Of a DNA stretch of 64,000 bases, positions 54,334 to 64,000 are shown in pieces. Position numbers and translations under genes: made by a program. The stretch comes from Terriglobales bacterium (GTDB taxonomy: Bacteria; Acidobacteriota; Terriglobia; Terriglobales; Acidobacteriaceae): NCBI GenBank assembly GCA_050018355.1, contig JBEKAF010000004.1:8634-72633 (forward strand). The letters are read 5' to 3'. Below the pieces are notes generated by a model that saw nothing but the letters and a program-made list of their open reading frames with translations, ran no database searches and was not told the origin of the DNA. How positions within the stretch are numbered: the stretch's first letter is position 1; every line of letters begins with the position of its first letter.

Positions 54334-56631
54334 CTACGGCGTCCCGTAGAGCTGGCGGTACACATTCGCATTCCGCAGGATGGCTTGGACGTATTCGCGG
54401 GTTTCGGTGAAGGGGATGGACTCGACGAACTCCTGCGGATCGCGGTAGTGACCCTGTCCCAGCCAGTCTCCGACCCGGTCGGTGCCGGCATTGTAGGCGG
54501 CCAGCGCATACTCGAACTGTCCGTTGTACTTGTCGACCATCTCTTTGAAATAGCGGGTGCCGAGTTCGAGGTTCACGGCCGGCGTGTAGAGTTGTGGCGC
54601 GCTGTATCCCTTGAGCTTGACTTGTTTGGCGACGGTCTTGCCGGTCTTCGGCAGAAGCTGCATCAGGCCCACGGCGTTGGCGCGGGAGAGAGCCAGCGCA
54701 TTGAATTCGGACTCCTGCCGGATGAGCGATGCGACCAGATAGGGATCGAGCCCGTTGAGCAGCGAATATTTGCGCAGATCGGTCCAATAGGCTTTGGGAA
54801 AAAGCGCTTCCCAGTACGGGCGCGGCAGGTCGGGAATGTCGACGGCGAAATAATTGGGCGTGGTGCGCTTCATGATCTCAATGCCGCGATCGTAGCGTCC
54901 GCCGTCCTGATAAACGCGCGCCATCTCGGGAGGCGCCCAGGTTCCGCCCTCTTGGCTCGCGGCAGCCTGCAACTCGCGCACCGCCGCATCGGCGAGCCCG
55001 CCGTTCGAGAGCAGACGCGCCCGTTCGAAGCGCAGGTTGTCGTCGGGAGGATCGGTTGCGGTAATTTTTCCCGCGGTTGAAAGCGAGGCGACGCGGTCGA
55101 GCAGCGCGTAGTGCGGCGGGGCTTCGGTTGGCCCGCCTCCGCGCGGCAAGCCTTTCAATCGCTGCCGGCCGAATTCCGCATAGTAGTAGTTGCGAAAGCG
55201 ATCGGTAAGTTTCTGATAGAACGCCTGCGCCATCGCCGGGTTGCCGTCTTCTTCGGCGAGACGCGCACGCCAGTAGAGCGCGGCGGGAATTTCCGCGGAG
55301 TCGGGATAGAGCGCGATTTGTTGTTCGAATTCTTGCCGGGCCTCATCGGTTCGGCCTTGCCGAAAGCTCAGCCACGCAGCCTTCCAGTGCGCATAGGATG
55401 CGCGCCCGCCGTTCGGAAAGCGCTCCTGCAATTCGCGGAAGTAGTCGATGGCGCGATCGTAGTCGCGCTTCAGCAGATACATGTTTCCGGCCGAAAACAG
55501 CGCTTGTTCCAGCCACGGGCTCGCCGGACCAAATTGCCGCAGCTCGTTCAGAGTGCGTTGCACAGCCTCTTCATCGCTGGTGGAACGTTCGGTCTCACTC
55601 AGCAGGTAAAGGCGCTCGGCTTCGGCGTCGCCGTTCTGCACTCCCATGGCAGTCAGAATCTGGCGGGCATCGTGACTGCGATCGCTTTTCTCGAGCGCTC
55701 CCGCCAGCGCCAGTTGCACCTCCGGCCGGTTCGCCGGACTGACTTCTTCTACGAGATCCTTGTAATCGTGGGCCGCGTCGCTGTAATGCCTGGCTTTGAA
55801 CAGCAGATCGGCGCGCGTGCGACGCTCGGCGATATCGCCGGAGATCCCGAGCTTGCGCAATTCCGTTCCCGCTACATCCGCCTCGAAACTCGTGGGAAGG
55901 TTGAAGTAAACGTTGCGGAAAGCGCTCGCGGCCTTCTGACTATCGCCCGCTGCTTCATAGGCGCGCCCAACGGCGAGTTCCACATCGCCGCGCACCGGAG
56001 CACGTTCCTTTTGCAGCAGAGCCGCTGCCTCCTGCGCACGGCCTTCCTCCAGCAGCGCGTTCGCATAGACCAGGTCGGCATCGCGGACCAGAAGTGAATC
56101 GGGAAAGTTTTTGCTGAAATCCGCGAGCGTGGAGAGTGCCTCGGCATTGTGCGCCGTTTTCAGGTAGGCGTCGCCGAGGTAGTAGGCAACGTAGTCTCCG
56201 AGTTCGCTGGCGCCGGCCTTGGCGCGGTTGAGCGGGTCAATCGCTTTGCCATAGTCGTGATCGAGGGTGCGGGCATAGCCGACGACGAGCCATGCAAGTG
56301 CGCCGGCATCTTCTTTGGCGTGACGGCGCGCATAGGCTTCGACTCCGGCATAGGCGGTGGGAGTGCGGTCCTGCAACAACTGCTGCGCCATGGGACGAAG
56401 ACTGGCGGAAGCGACAAAGGCCCGCCGCACCCGGCGCACGCGCGGAGAGATGGTTTTGCGCTTTTTCTTGGTGCTGGTGGAAGCGGCGGCTTTTCGTTTA
56501 GCTGGCGTGCGCTTAGCTGGCGTGCTCTCAACTGGCGTGGACGACTTGGACTGGGCGACCGCGGGCTGCAAAAAGCTGAGCCAGAGCAGGGAGAAAATTC
56601 CAGCGAAAACTACGACTGCAAAACGGCGCAC
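54334..56631 (-). CDS. slt: soluble lytic murein transglycosylase (Slt70-like)
   Basis: Signal peptide, long TPR/superhelical U-domain, C-terminal SLT domain (LVASLIRQESEFNALALSRANAVGLMQLLPKTG...AYNAG). Confidence 0.9.
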   Translation of the reverse strand: MRRFAVVVFAGIFSLLWLSFLQPAVAQSKSSTPVESTPAKRTPAKRKAAASTSTKKKRKTISPRVRRVRRAFVASASLRPMAQQLLQDRTPTAYAGVEAYARRHAKEDAGALAWLVVGYARTLDHDYGKAIDPLNRAKAGASELGDYVAYYLGDAYLKTAHNAEALSTLADFSKNFPDSLLVRDADLVYANALLEEGRAQEAAALLQKERAPVRGDVELAVGRAYEAAGDSQKAASAFRNVYFNLPTSFEADVAGTELRKLGISGDIAERRTRADLLFKARHYSDAAHDYKDLVEEVSPANRPEVQLALAGALEKSDRSHDARQILTAMGVQNGDAEAERLYLLSETERSTSDEEAVQRTLNELRQFGPASPWLEQALFSAGNMYLLKRDYDRAIDYFRELQERFPNGGRASYAHWKAAWLSFRQGRTDEARQEFEQQIALYPDSAEIPAALYWRARLAEEDGNPAMAQAFYQKLTDRFRNYYYAEFGRQRLKGLPRGGGPTEAPPHYALLDRVASLSTAGKITATDPPDDNLRFERARLLSNGGLADAAVRELQAAASQEGGTWAPPEMARVYQDGGRYDRGIEIMKRTTPNYFAVDIPDLPRPYWEALFPKAYWTDLRKYSLLNGLDPYLVASLIRQESEFNALALSRANAVGLMQLLPKTGKTVAKQVKLKGYSAPQLYTPAVNLELGTRYFKEMVDKYNGQFEYALAAYNAGTDRVGDWLGQGHYRDPQEFVESIPFTETREYVQAILRNANVYRQLYGTP

Positions 56632-56642
56632 TCAAACCCTAC

Positions 56643-57926
56643 CTACTGCCGAAAGTTGGCACCCATGATGGAAAGATCGTCTTCTGCGAGACTTCGTATT
56701 ATTTCATGTTGAAAGTAATTGGCGGAAGCTGCAACGGTGTTCCCGTAACGTTTCTGGTACGTCCCACGGCTTTTCTCGATCGCTTCTTTCAGACGGTCGT
56801 AGAGATCTTTGTTTTTCCGGCCTTCCGCGACCTTTGCCTGATTATAGAGTTTGATCTCGTCGACCAGCAGGTGGGCAAAACGCTGGGCTTTGCGGTGAAC
56901 GTCCTGATGCTCGGGCGAGATCGAGGAAACCGGTGACGTCTCGGGTGTTGCCTCGGTCTCCGCATGGCCGACCGGGAGCGGCTCGGCCAGCGCAGGATCC
57001 AATTCAACAACCGCAGACTGAACTTCGGTGATCGCGCTCTGGGCTTCAATTTCGGCCAGCGCCGGGGCCTCAACTGCGGCGCTGGCGACTGACGCCAAGG
57101 CTTCGCCCGCTGCCGCTGACGCCGCGGCGGCCATGACGTGGTCAGAAGCATGCGAGGCAAAGGGGTCGTTGTAAGCGGACACGGTGTGCGGCGCCTGGTA
57201 TGACGGCGCCTCGGCCGCCGGGGCGCCACTGTCCACGTTGTGACTGTCCACATGCGCCGCGGACGGTTCTTTGTGCGCTTGCTTACGGAGCGAGTTGACC
57301 TCGAGCCATGCGCTGGTCGAGAGCACCAGCAGTTCAAGCGAGCCGGCATCGAGCAAACCCGCCGCGCCGGTTCCGCTGTCGACATAGACCAGCGCGGCAA
57401 CTTTGTCTTTCAAAATCAAGGGAAGAATCCGGCCTTCTCCGCTCGCTGGCGTTCCAACTTCCTGCAGGAAACGCGAGTCGAGGTCGGCAAGCGGAGCGCT
57501 CGCCACCACGCGATCGCCGATCGCGCGGCCGATCGCACGAACGACGGCAGGGGCGTTTTCGTCGAGAGCGAAATCTTTCACCGCATCGCTATTGTCGAAG
57601 CCGCGTCCCTGCCACCCGGTGGCATGGCTGCCCTTCACGACAAAGAGCGCGACTCGAGCCGCATAGCGAGCGCTGGTATCGAGCAACGCGCGCAGAATTT
57701 CCCGTTGAGACGTGCCCAACTGGATTTCGGCAACGGCACGCGCCAGATCTGCCGAACCGGACGCAGATGCCGCATCGTGGGCGGTTGCTTCGGCGGTCGC
57801 AGCTCCGGCTGCGATCTCTTCCATCACGCGGCGGACAATCTCGGTGCGTAGTTGGGCCGCATGGCTGTCCAAAACCTCGCCAACCACCCGTTCCACAATT
57901 GGTTCAATCCAACCGCGCTCCTTCAT
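56643..57926 (-). CDS. hypothetical protein (GAF-like middle region, Ala-rich linker, conserved basic C-terminal helix)
   Basis: 427 aa. It contains SQREILRALLDTSARYAARVALFVVKG...WQGRGF. The C-terminus reads HRKAQRFAHLLVDEIKLYNQAKVAEGRKNKDLYDRLKEAIEKSR. Confidence 0.65.
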   Translation of the reverse strand: MKERGWIEPIVERVVGEVLDSHAAQLRTEIVRRVMEEIAAGAATAEATAHDAASASGSADLARAVAEIQLGTSQREILRALLDTSARYAARVALFVVKGSHATGWQGRGFDNSDAVKDFALDENAPAVVRAIGRAIGDRVVASAPLADLDSRFLQEVGTPASGEGRILPLILKDKVAALVYVDSGTGAAGLLDAGSLELLVLSTSAWLEVNSLRKQAHKEPSAAHVDSHNVDSGAPAAEAPSYQAPHTVSAYNDPFASHASDHVMAAAASAAAGEALASVASAAVEAPALAEIEAQSAITEVQSAVVELDPALAEPLPVGHAETEATPETSPVSSISPEHQDVHRKAQRFAHLLVDEIKLYNQAKVAEGRKNKDLYDRLKEAIEKSRGTYQKRYGNTVAASANYFQHEIIRSLAEDDLSIMGANFRQ

Positions 57927-58178
57927 TCGTACTCCGAAGTAAAGATCTTGGGGGGAGAAGGGCGTAACCCTTCTAACCTCTGATTATAGGGCCGCCTGCG
58001 GGCGCTCTCAGGACACCTTGGTACGTGCCCTACTGGTGTCTGAAGCAGCCGATCGCCAAGCGGGGGAAACTTTTCTGGCAAGTGCGCGTCAAAACAACGC
58101 ACCGAAAACCACGGCCAGCAAGTACAATAGCACTGCAGATTCAGTCGCGCCGTCGGAAAAATCTGCATCAAGTTACGA

Positions 58179-58808
58179 ATGAGTACCATCCAACCCAACA
58201 TAGAGCAACCGGTCAGCGAAGAAATGGCGCTGGTCCGGCGGGCCAAGCGCGGCGACGATCAAGCGTTTGAAGAATTGGTGCGACGCTATGATCGCAACGT
58301 TTTCCGCATTGCACAGCACATTACGCAGAATCGCGAGGACGCTGAAGATGTGGTCCAGGAAGCGTTTCTCAAGGCGTATGGGAACCTGGCGAAGTTCCAG
58401 GAACAGTCCAAGTTTTATACCTGGCTGGTGCGGATTGCGGTTAACGAAGCACTGATGAAGTTGCGCCGGAGAAGGCCGGAACGTACGGTCTCTCTGGACG
58501 AGGACGTAAGAACCGAGGATGACTCGCTTCCCCGTGAGGTTGCGGATTGGAGCCCCAATCCCGAGCAGATGTACAACCAAGCGGAGTTGCGGGACATTCT
58601 GACGCGCACCATTCAGGGGTTGCCGGCGGGATTCCGGACGGTGTTCGTACTCCGTGACGTGGAAGGCCTCTCGACTGAAGAGACGGCCCAAGCGCTGGAG
58701 CTGAGCACCCCGGCGGTGAAGTCGCGTTTGCTGCGCGCGCGCCTGCAATTGCGCGAGCGGCTCAACCGCTTCTTTCAGAGACGGGCCAGTGGAGATGGCG
58801 ACCAGTGA
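58179..58808 (+). CDS. ECF-type RNA polymerase sigma-70 factor
   Basis: Region 2 (FEELVRRYDRNVFRIAQHITQNREDAEDVVQEAFLKAY...FYTWLVRIAVN) and region 4 (VFVLRDVEGLSTEETAQALELSTPAVKSRLLRAR). Confidence 0.9.
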   Translation: MSTIQPNIEQPVSEEMALVRRAKRGDDQAFEELVRRYDRNVFRIAQHITQNREDAEDVVQEAFLKAYGNLAKFQEQSKFYTWLVRIAVNEALMKLRRRRPERTVSLDEDVRTEDDSLPREVADWSPNPEQMYNQAELRDILTRTIQGLPAGFRTVFVLRDVEGLSTEETAQALELSTPAVKSRLLRARLQLRERLNRFFQRRASGDGDQ

Positions 58809-59062
58809 AGTGTTCTGAGTTTCTAAACGAACTGACCAATTACCTCGATGGCGCGCTGGACGCCCGGACCAAGTCCGAACTCGACGATCACTTGGCGTGG
58901 TGCCACAACTGCTACGTCGTCTGCGATACCACTCGCAAAACCATCGAAATCTACCGCAACTCGGAGCTCTACGAGTTGCCCGACGATCTGCGCGTGCGGC
59001 TCCGGTCGGCCATCATGACCAAGTGTTCGGGACACAAGAAGTCCGACCCGCCGAGTGGCTAA
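58805..59062 (+). CDS. anti-sigma factor (zf-HC2 type)
   Basis: MKCSEFLNELTNYLDGALDARTKSELDDHLAWCHNCY matches the H-x3-C-x2-C motif. The start overlaps the sigma gene stop. Confidence 0.8.
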   Translation: MKCSEFLNELTNYLDGALDARTKSELDDHLAWCHNCYVVCDTTRKTIEIYRNSELYELPDDLRVRLRSAIMTKCSGHKKSDPPSG

Positions 59063-59094
59063 GCCGGTTTCACGGTTACCGTAGACTGCGGTCG

Positions 59095-59170
59095 GTTTCG
59101 GGAAGGGCACGACTTCAGTCGTGCCGCACATGAGCGCCGGAAATGCGGGCTTTAGCCCCTGAGGATCGCC
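59095..59170. repeat. dual-hairpin intergenic repeat, copy C
   Basis: GGCACGACttcaGTCGTGCC (59106-59125) followed by GCGGGCTttAGCCCC (59146-59160). Confidence 0.75.
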
Positions 59171-59440
59171 GATGGCGAGGTTTACACCAACTGTGAAACC
59201 GGTATAGGCGCCGAGTCTCGCTCTTAGTGCTCTTCCTGCTCTTCCCGTCGCCCCCGCTGTCGTTCCTCTGAACGCTCGCAAGTGCTTGATTTCGGAGCGC
59301 CTATGGTCGTGTACCTGCTGTGTTATCAGTGGTGCGAACCTTTTCCGCACTCCTCGAATCTAAGTAGATAGAGCTCGTCTTGATATTCAGGCGAAGGGGA
59401 TGAGCCAGTTTTGTCGCTTTTATTCTGTGGAGGTTACCCG

Positions 59441-59671
59441 ATGTTTTCGAAGTTGATGGACGCCATGTTTGGTTGCCGGCACGCTCGCTACAGCTTTCCG
59501 ATCACGGTGCGCGCCGGTTCGCGCCGCAACCCGACGGCTCAGCGCACGGGTACCTACGTCGCGTGCCTGGATTGCGGCAAAGAATTCCGCTACGACTGGC
59601 AAGAAATGAGGATCGTGGGATCGCAGGCAAGAGAGGCCGCGCACTCCTTGGTTACGAAAGAAGCCGCGTAA
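59441..59671 (+). CDS. small Cys-containing hypothetical protein (possible zinc-ribbon)
   Basis: ATG 59441 is preceded by GGAGG. The sequence reads MFSKLMDAMFGCRH...VACLDCGKEF. Confidence 0.4.
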   Translation: MFSKLMDAMFGCRHARYSFPITVRAGSRRNPTAQRTGTYVACLDCGKEFRYDWQEMRIVGSQAREAAHSLVTKEAA

Positions 59672-59969
59672 GGGTTACGAAAAGACCCGCGCTGTTCCCT
59701 CCCAGCGCATTCTTCGAGGCGTTTCGTGGCCAAAAGTGAACATTCTTCGCTAGCCCGTGCCAAATTTTGCTCTGCGTTTTCCCGTTTTTGGTCAGCCGCG
59801 AACCTGCTCCCAAATTTCCGGAATTATGCACTTGCTGGAAATTTCACTAACTCCCCAGCCTCTGATGAGCGCATAATTGAATCGGCGCCGACCCGCAGAG
59901 CATGCTTCGGCAGTCCTTCAGAAGCGTTAGCGCATGCGGTTCGGACGGGAGGTGTCTGTGCCTCTTTCC

Positions 59970-60443
59970 ATGCTTCGGGAATTCCTGGATCGTAACCGCA
60001 TTCAATACATGGTGATCTCGCACTCGGTGGCCTACACGGCCCAGGGGATTGCCGCCCTCACCCACACACCCGGGAAAGAACTAGCGAAAACCGTCATGGT
60101 CATGGTGGACGGACGTCTGGCCATGGCGGTAGTGCCGGCTTCGTTCCGGGTGGATTTATACCGGCTGAAAAAATATCTGGGGGCAGAGTCAGTAGAACTG
60201 GCCAGCGAGCTCGAATTTCGCGGTCGTTTTGCCGACTGCGAAACCGGGTCTATGCCACCCTTCGGCAATCTCTACGGCATGGATGTTTTCGCGGACCAGA
60301 CTCTGGCCGAGGACAAGGAAATCGCCTTCAACGCGGGTTCGCACCGGGAACTGGTGCGCATGAGATTTGCCGATTTTCGCGATTTAGTGAAACCGGTAAT
60401 CATCCCGCTGGCGGCGGGCAGAGCCCATATTCACGCGGCTTGA
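59970..60443 (+). CDS. YbaK/EbsC-type aminoacyl-tRNA deacylase domain protein
   Basis: LAKTVMVMVDGRLAMAVVPASFRVDLYRLKKYLG...GSMPPFGNLYG...IAFNAGSH. Confidence 0.75.
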   Translation: MLREFLDRNRIQYMVISHSVAYTAQGIAALTHTPGKELAKTVMVMVDGRLAMAVVPASFRVDLYRLKKYLGAESVELASELEFRGRFADCETGSMPPFGNLYGMDVFADQTLAEDKEIAFNAGSHRELVRMRFADFRDLVKPVIIPLAAGRAHIHAA

Positions 60444-60651
60444 GTGCTGCGGGAGCGGGCTCTTTCCCTGCGCGAAGCGGTCGCCGTCTCATGGCCATCG
60501 GCAGCAGCGCCCGTAGCCGCCAAGCGAGCGGTTGTGGGGCGAAGTGGGCTATCCCTGTTTTTTTCATACAATCTTCACAAATCGCTGTGTTAGATTTGCC
60601 CTTCTCAGATCAACTCAAAATTTCCTGGAGGAAACTGAATTGGGCAAGGAC

Positions 60652-61197
60652 ATGGTCCCCAAGAAAATCTTCTTCACCAAAGGTGTGGGGAAACATCGGG
60701 AGCGCCTCACCTCTTTCGAACTCGCCTTGCGCGACGCCGGCATCGCGGCGCAAAACCTGGTGCGTGTCTCTTCCATCTTCCCGCCCAACTGCAAGCTGGT
60801 CCCACGCTCGCAGGGACTCACGTATCTGCACCCCGGGGAAGTCGTATTTGCGGTGGTTGCCGAAAATTCCACGCACGAACCGCACCGCTTGCTAGCCTCT
60901 TCGATTGGCGTCGCCATCCCTGCCGATCGCACCACCTACGGATATCTGAGCGAGCACCATTCGTTCGGCGAGACCGAAGACGCTGCCGGAGACTACGCGG
61001 AAGAACTCGCCGCCGAAATGCTGGCCACAACTCTGAACGTGGAGTTCGATTCCGATCGATCGTGGGACGAGAAAAAAGAGATCTATCGCATCTCCAACAA
61101 GATCGTCCGCACCGCCAACGTGACGCAATCGGCGGTAGGCGATAAACGCGGGCTGTGGACGACGGTGATCGCGTCGGCGGTGCTGATCTTCGACTGA
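60652..61197 (+). CDS. pdaD: pyruvoyl-dependent arginine decarboxylase
   Basis: [45 protein letters not shown] is the family signature, with a Ser-Ser self-cleavage site. Confidence 0.9.
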   Translation: MVPKKIFFTKGVGKHRERLTSFELALRDAGIAAQNLVRVSSIFPPNCKLVPRSQGLTYLHPGEVVFAVVAENSTHEPHRLLASSIGVAIPADRTTYGYLSEHHSFGETEDAAGDYAEELAAEMLATTLNVEFDSDRSWDEKKEIYRISNKIVRTANVTQSAVGDKRGLWTTVIASAVLIFD

Positions 61198-61225
61198 TCG
61201 AGCTTGGACTGATTAAGCTTGTGGC

Positions 61226-61259
61226 GTAGAGACGCGGCTTGTCGCGTCTCTACTTTTTT
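61226..61259 (+). terminator. intrinsic terminator after the arginine decarboxylase gene
   Basis: GTAGAGACGCG-gcttgt-CGCGTCTCTAC followed by TTTTTT. It overlaps the stop codon of the convergent DHS-like gene. Confidence 0.75.
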
Positions 61260-62395
61260 ACCGCGATTCCGGCAACCATCTTCTTTGCAGCCGGTTTCTT
61301 CTTCAGCCGCTCCAGCACCGCCGCTACGATCAGCGGCAATCCTACTGTAGCGTCCACAAAAACTTCCCCAAACTTCCCACCTTCAGCCGGGGGCACGAAC
61401 TTGCCCCACGAAACGGCTTCGCTGTAGGGACTGCCCGAAAGGCCGCCCCAGTACACCGGTTCCGGGCAGATGCGCAGTCCGTAGTGATAGCGTTTCAGCG
61501 GCAGGTCTTCCCCGCCCCGGCGGTGGCGCAATTCGATGAACGGGCCGAATTGCTGCGACCAGTTGCGGGGAACGCCTCCGCCGATGGTGAAGATTCCCAG
61601 CCGCTTCTGCTGCAGCAGGGTTGCGGCGAAGTGCTCCAGGTCTTCGAAGGGATCGAAGCGGAATCGCGGCTTCCCTTTCTTATCGCGTTCACGGTTGGTT
61701 AACGCGTAATCCAGGCCTAACTCGGAATCGGAGAACGCGGGCACAAATACCGGAACATTTTTTTCGTAGGCCGACTTCAGAATGCCGCGCTGTCCTTTGG
61801 CATGCTTCGCCAGATGCGCTCCGATTGCGCGGTTCAACTTATACGAGCACATCACGTCGTCCGCGTCCCAGCCGCCGAACACCGCCGCCATCACGCGCTC
61901 CACGTCGTCGAGATTCTGCTCGGGTTCGAGCGTGTCATAGACGCGGTTGTATCCGGCCTCGTAGAGTTCCTCGTCGCTGAGCTCGGGATTATGCCGGAAA
62001 TGAGCGCGCCCGGTCGCTTCGACCAGCCCATGCGCCATCAGCGCGCCGGTAGAAACGATCGCATTCACGATGCCGCGATCGATCAGCTCGGCAATCACCA
62101 GGCCCTGCTTGGCCACGGTCATCGCGCCAGCAAGCGTCATAACGACGAAGCAGTCTTGGTCGCGCGCCATGGCCTCCAGCACGTCGGCAGCTTCGCCGAG
62201 CTGGCGGCCCGTAAACGCTGTCCTGGACATCGCCCGCACCAGGTCGTCAATGGATCGAATCTTGCCGAGATCCAGCGGCTCCAGTGGAATCAGACGGTCG
62301 GCTACCGGATCGTGCAGCTTGCGGTCGATTCCCACGCCTTCCTGACGCTTGCCGTCGTGATGATTGCCGTGCTTCGCGACACTTTTCTGCTTCAA
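61250..62395 (-). CDS. deoxyhypusine synthase-like protein (homospermidine synthase-type)
   Basis: DCFVVMTLAGAMTVAKQGLVIAELIDRGIVNAIVSTGALMAHG...GGGVPRNW. Start proposed at TTG 62395, with GGAGG 9 nt upstream. The first ATG of the track ORF (62491) adds a non-conserved basic extension. Confidence 0.8.
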   Translation of the reverse strand: MKQKSVAKHGNHHDGKRQEGVGIDRKLHDPVADRLIPLEPLDLGKIRSIDDLVRAMSRTAFTGRQLGEAADVLEAMARDQDCFVVMTLAGAMTVAKQGLVIAELIDRGIVNAIVSTGALMAHGLVEATGRAHFRHNPELSDEELYEAGYNRVYDTLEPEQNLDDVERVMAAVFGGWDADDVMCSYKLNRAIGAHLAKHAKGQRGILKSAYEKNVPVFVPAFSDSELGLDYALTNRERDKKGKPRFRFDPFEDLEHFAATLLQQKRLGIFTIGGGVPRNWSQQFGPFIELRHRRGGEDLPLKRYHYGLRICPEPVYWGGLSGSPYSEAVSWGKFVPPAEGGKFGEVFVDATVGLPLIVAAVLERLKKKPAAKKMVAGIAVKK

Positions 62396-62653
62396 GGGAC
62401 GAACCTCCAGAATAAAAACCGGTTTTGATCGAAGAAACAATTTACTAGAAGTGAGGGAACGCGGCGACTTGCTTTTACCGCGGTGTTGCAACGCTCACGC
62501 CTGCATCTCGCACTTTGATATTCTAGAGCGCGTGTTGAAAGTCAGGCTGGAGTGTTGCATGAACTACACCCTTCATGAATTGTCATCCCTCGCTTCGCTC
62601 GGGATGACAAAATCTAAGGGATAACAAAGTCTAGCGAATTCACGGAGAAACAA

Positions 62654-63559
62654 GTGCGAGACAAGTTCACCGTCGCCCTGGTGCAAATGTCGTGCGGCCC
62701 CGAGCCCGCCGACAATCTGGCCAAGGCGCTCGATCGCGTTTCGGAAGCAGCACGAAAGGGTGCCGACGTCGTCTGCCTGCCCGAACTCTTCCAGACTCAA
62801 TACTTCTGTCAACGCGAAGACGCCGCCCTGTTCGATCTCGCGGAGCCGATCCCCGGCGCGGGCACAGAGAAGCTCGCCGCCACCGCCCGGCAAAATAAAG
62901 TCGTGCTGATCGCATCGCTCTTCGAGAAGCGCGCCCCCGGCCTCTATCACAATACGGCCGCGATCTTCGATTCCGATGGCGTGCTGCGCGGCATCTACCG
63001 CAAAATGCACATTCCCGACGATCCGCTCTACTACGAAAAATTTTATTTCACGCCCGGCGATCTCGGCTTCAAGGCCTTCGACACCTCCGCCGGAAAACTC
63101 GGCACGCTCGTCTGCTGGGATCAGTGGTATCCCGAAGGAGCGCGCCTCACGGCACTGCAGGGAGCCAGCATTCTGTTTTACCCCACGGCCATCGGATGGC
63201 ATCCCGCGGAGAAGGCCGAATTCGGCGAGGCGCAACACGATGCCTGGCGCACCATTCAGCGGGCGCACGCGATCGCGAACGGCGTTTATGTCGGCGTGGT
63301 GAATCGCGTCGGCTTCGAGACCGGAAACATTCGCGGCAATTCGGTGCCCGGCAAAGGCCTCGAATTCTGGGGAGGCTCGTTCTTCTGCGACCCTTTCGGC
63401 CTTGTGCTCGCCGAAGCTTCCCACGACCAGGAAGAGATCCTGGTCGGCGAAGTAGACTTGCATCACCTGGAGGACATTCGCCGCAACTGGCCCTTCCTGC
63501 GCGACCGCCGTATCGACAGTTACGCTCCCATCACCAACCGCATGCTCGACGAGAAATGA
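62654..63559 (+). CDS. aguB: N-carbamoylputrescine amidase (carbon-nitrogen hydrolase family)
   Basis: The motifs are FTVALVQMSC, CLPELF, YRKMHIPDDP and LVCWDQWYPE. The last contains the catalytic Cys. Confidence 0.9.
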   Translation: MRDKFTVALVQMSCGPEPADNLAKALDRVSEAARKGADVVCLPELFQTQYFCQREDAALFDLAEPIPGAGTEKLAATARQNKVVLIASLFEKRAPGLYHNTAAIFDSDGVLRGIYRKMHIPDDPLYYEKFYFTPGDLGFKAFDTSAGKLGTLVCWDQWYPEGARLTALQGASILFYPTAIGWHPAEKAEFGEAQHDAWRTIQRAHAIANGVYVGVVNRVGFETGNIRGNSVPGKGLEFWGGSFFCDPFGLVLAEASHDQEEILVGEVDLHHLEDIRRNWPFLRDRRIDSYAPITNRMLDEK

Positions 63560-63618
63560 CGATTGCAACACGAAGGTATGGGTGAATTGCAATATGGCTG
63601 CGCTGTACAATCTCAATC

Positions 63619-64000
63619 ATGGAACCAATTTCAACGGTCACAACCGCTTGGACAATCGCAAAGACTGCGGGAGAAATCTCGAAGAAACTGTACGACTTTG
63701 GTAAGAATCTAAAAGACCGTGAGGCGAAGCAACAGGTTGACGACATCCTAGACAAGCTACGCGAACTTAAGCAATCGGCTTCAGAACTGGAAGATCAGAA
63801 CCGAGATCTTCGAGAAAAGTTGCGCTTCAAGAGTGATGACTACGTGTTTCGCAACCCGTTCCGGTACCACAAAGACCGCCCCGACCAGCGGCTTTGTGTG
63901 AAATGCTTCGCCAAGAATATCGAGGCTCCGATGGGCGAGCCAGGGAGGGACAGCATAAAAGAGTTCCGTGCATGTCTTGTCTGCGGGGGCCTTGTTACGG
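63619..64000 (+). CDS. hypothetical coiled-coil / CxxC protein, 3' end beyond the window
   Basis: Not in the ORF track (no stop in the window). MEPISTVTTAWTIAKTAGEISKKLYDFGKNLKDREAKQQVDDILDKLRELKQSASELEDQNRDLREKLRF...CVKCF...CLVCGG. AT-richer than the upstream genes. Confidence 0.5.
   Translation, partial: MEPISTVTTAWTIAKTAGEISKKLYDFGKNLKDREAKQQVDDILDKLRELKQSASELEDQNRDLREKLRFKSDDYVFRNPFRYHKDRPDQRLCVKCFAKNIEAPMGEPGRDSIKEFRACLVCGGLVT

Overview
High-GC bacterial chromosomal segment. Gene content and an intergenic hairpin-repeat family suggest Acidobacteriota, but this is inference only. Contents from left to right are as follows. (1) A ric (YtfE-like) gene cut by the window edge, a PAS hybrid histidine kinase and a Crp/Fnr regulator. 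(2) A minus-strand five-gene multiheme cytochrome operon: monoheme c, a 3-TM NapC/NirT-like protein, a 19-heme protein, a cytochrome b, and a 13-heme domain fused to cytochrome b. It is preceded by a perfect CRP-type palindrome. (3) An MFS sugar porter with a large inserted domain, and higBA. (4) An assimilatory sulfite-reduction/siroheme operon (sir, sirC-like, cobA, cysH) with a terminator-containing leader. (5) A Wzx/Wzy-type exopolysaccharide locus with a NusG/UpxY-like gene, PAP2-Wzi, Wza, PCP, Wzy, Wzx, three GT2, an acetyltransferase, a phosphoglycosyl transferase and CapD. Its first two genes carry reading-frame lesions. (6) A Leloir gal operon with a Na+/solute symporter. (7) Housekeeping genes (FTCD, murI, tonB, ileS, lspA). 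(8) An AT-richer islet holding an aberrant tRNA-Leu-like gene, a two-gene PIN-nuclease module and an IS1595-family transposase. (9) slt, an ECF sigma/anti-sigma pair and polyamine genes (pyruvoyl ArgDC, deoxyhypusine-synthase-like, N-carbamoylputrescine amidase), then a partial AT-richer ORF at the right edge. The most interesting items are the ~39-heme ImcH-like/CbcL-like cytochrome operon, the tRNA-Leu-like gene with a 45-nt anticodon arm next to an uncharacterised PIN module, and the clustered frame lesions at the head of the EPS locus. No CRISPR array or rRNA was seen. All calls come from reading the sequence and translations; no database search was run.
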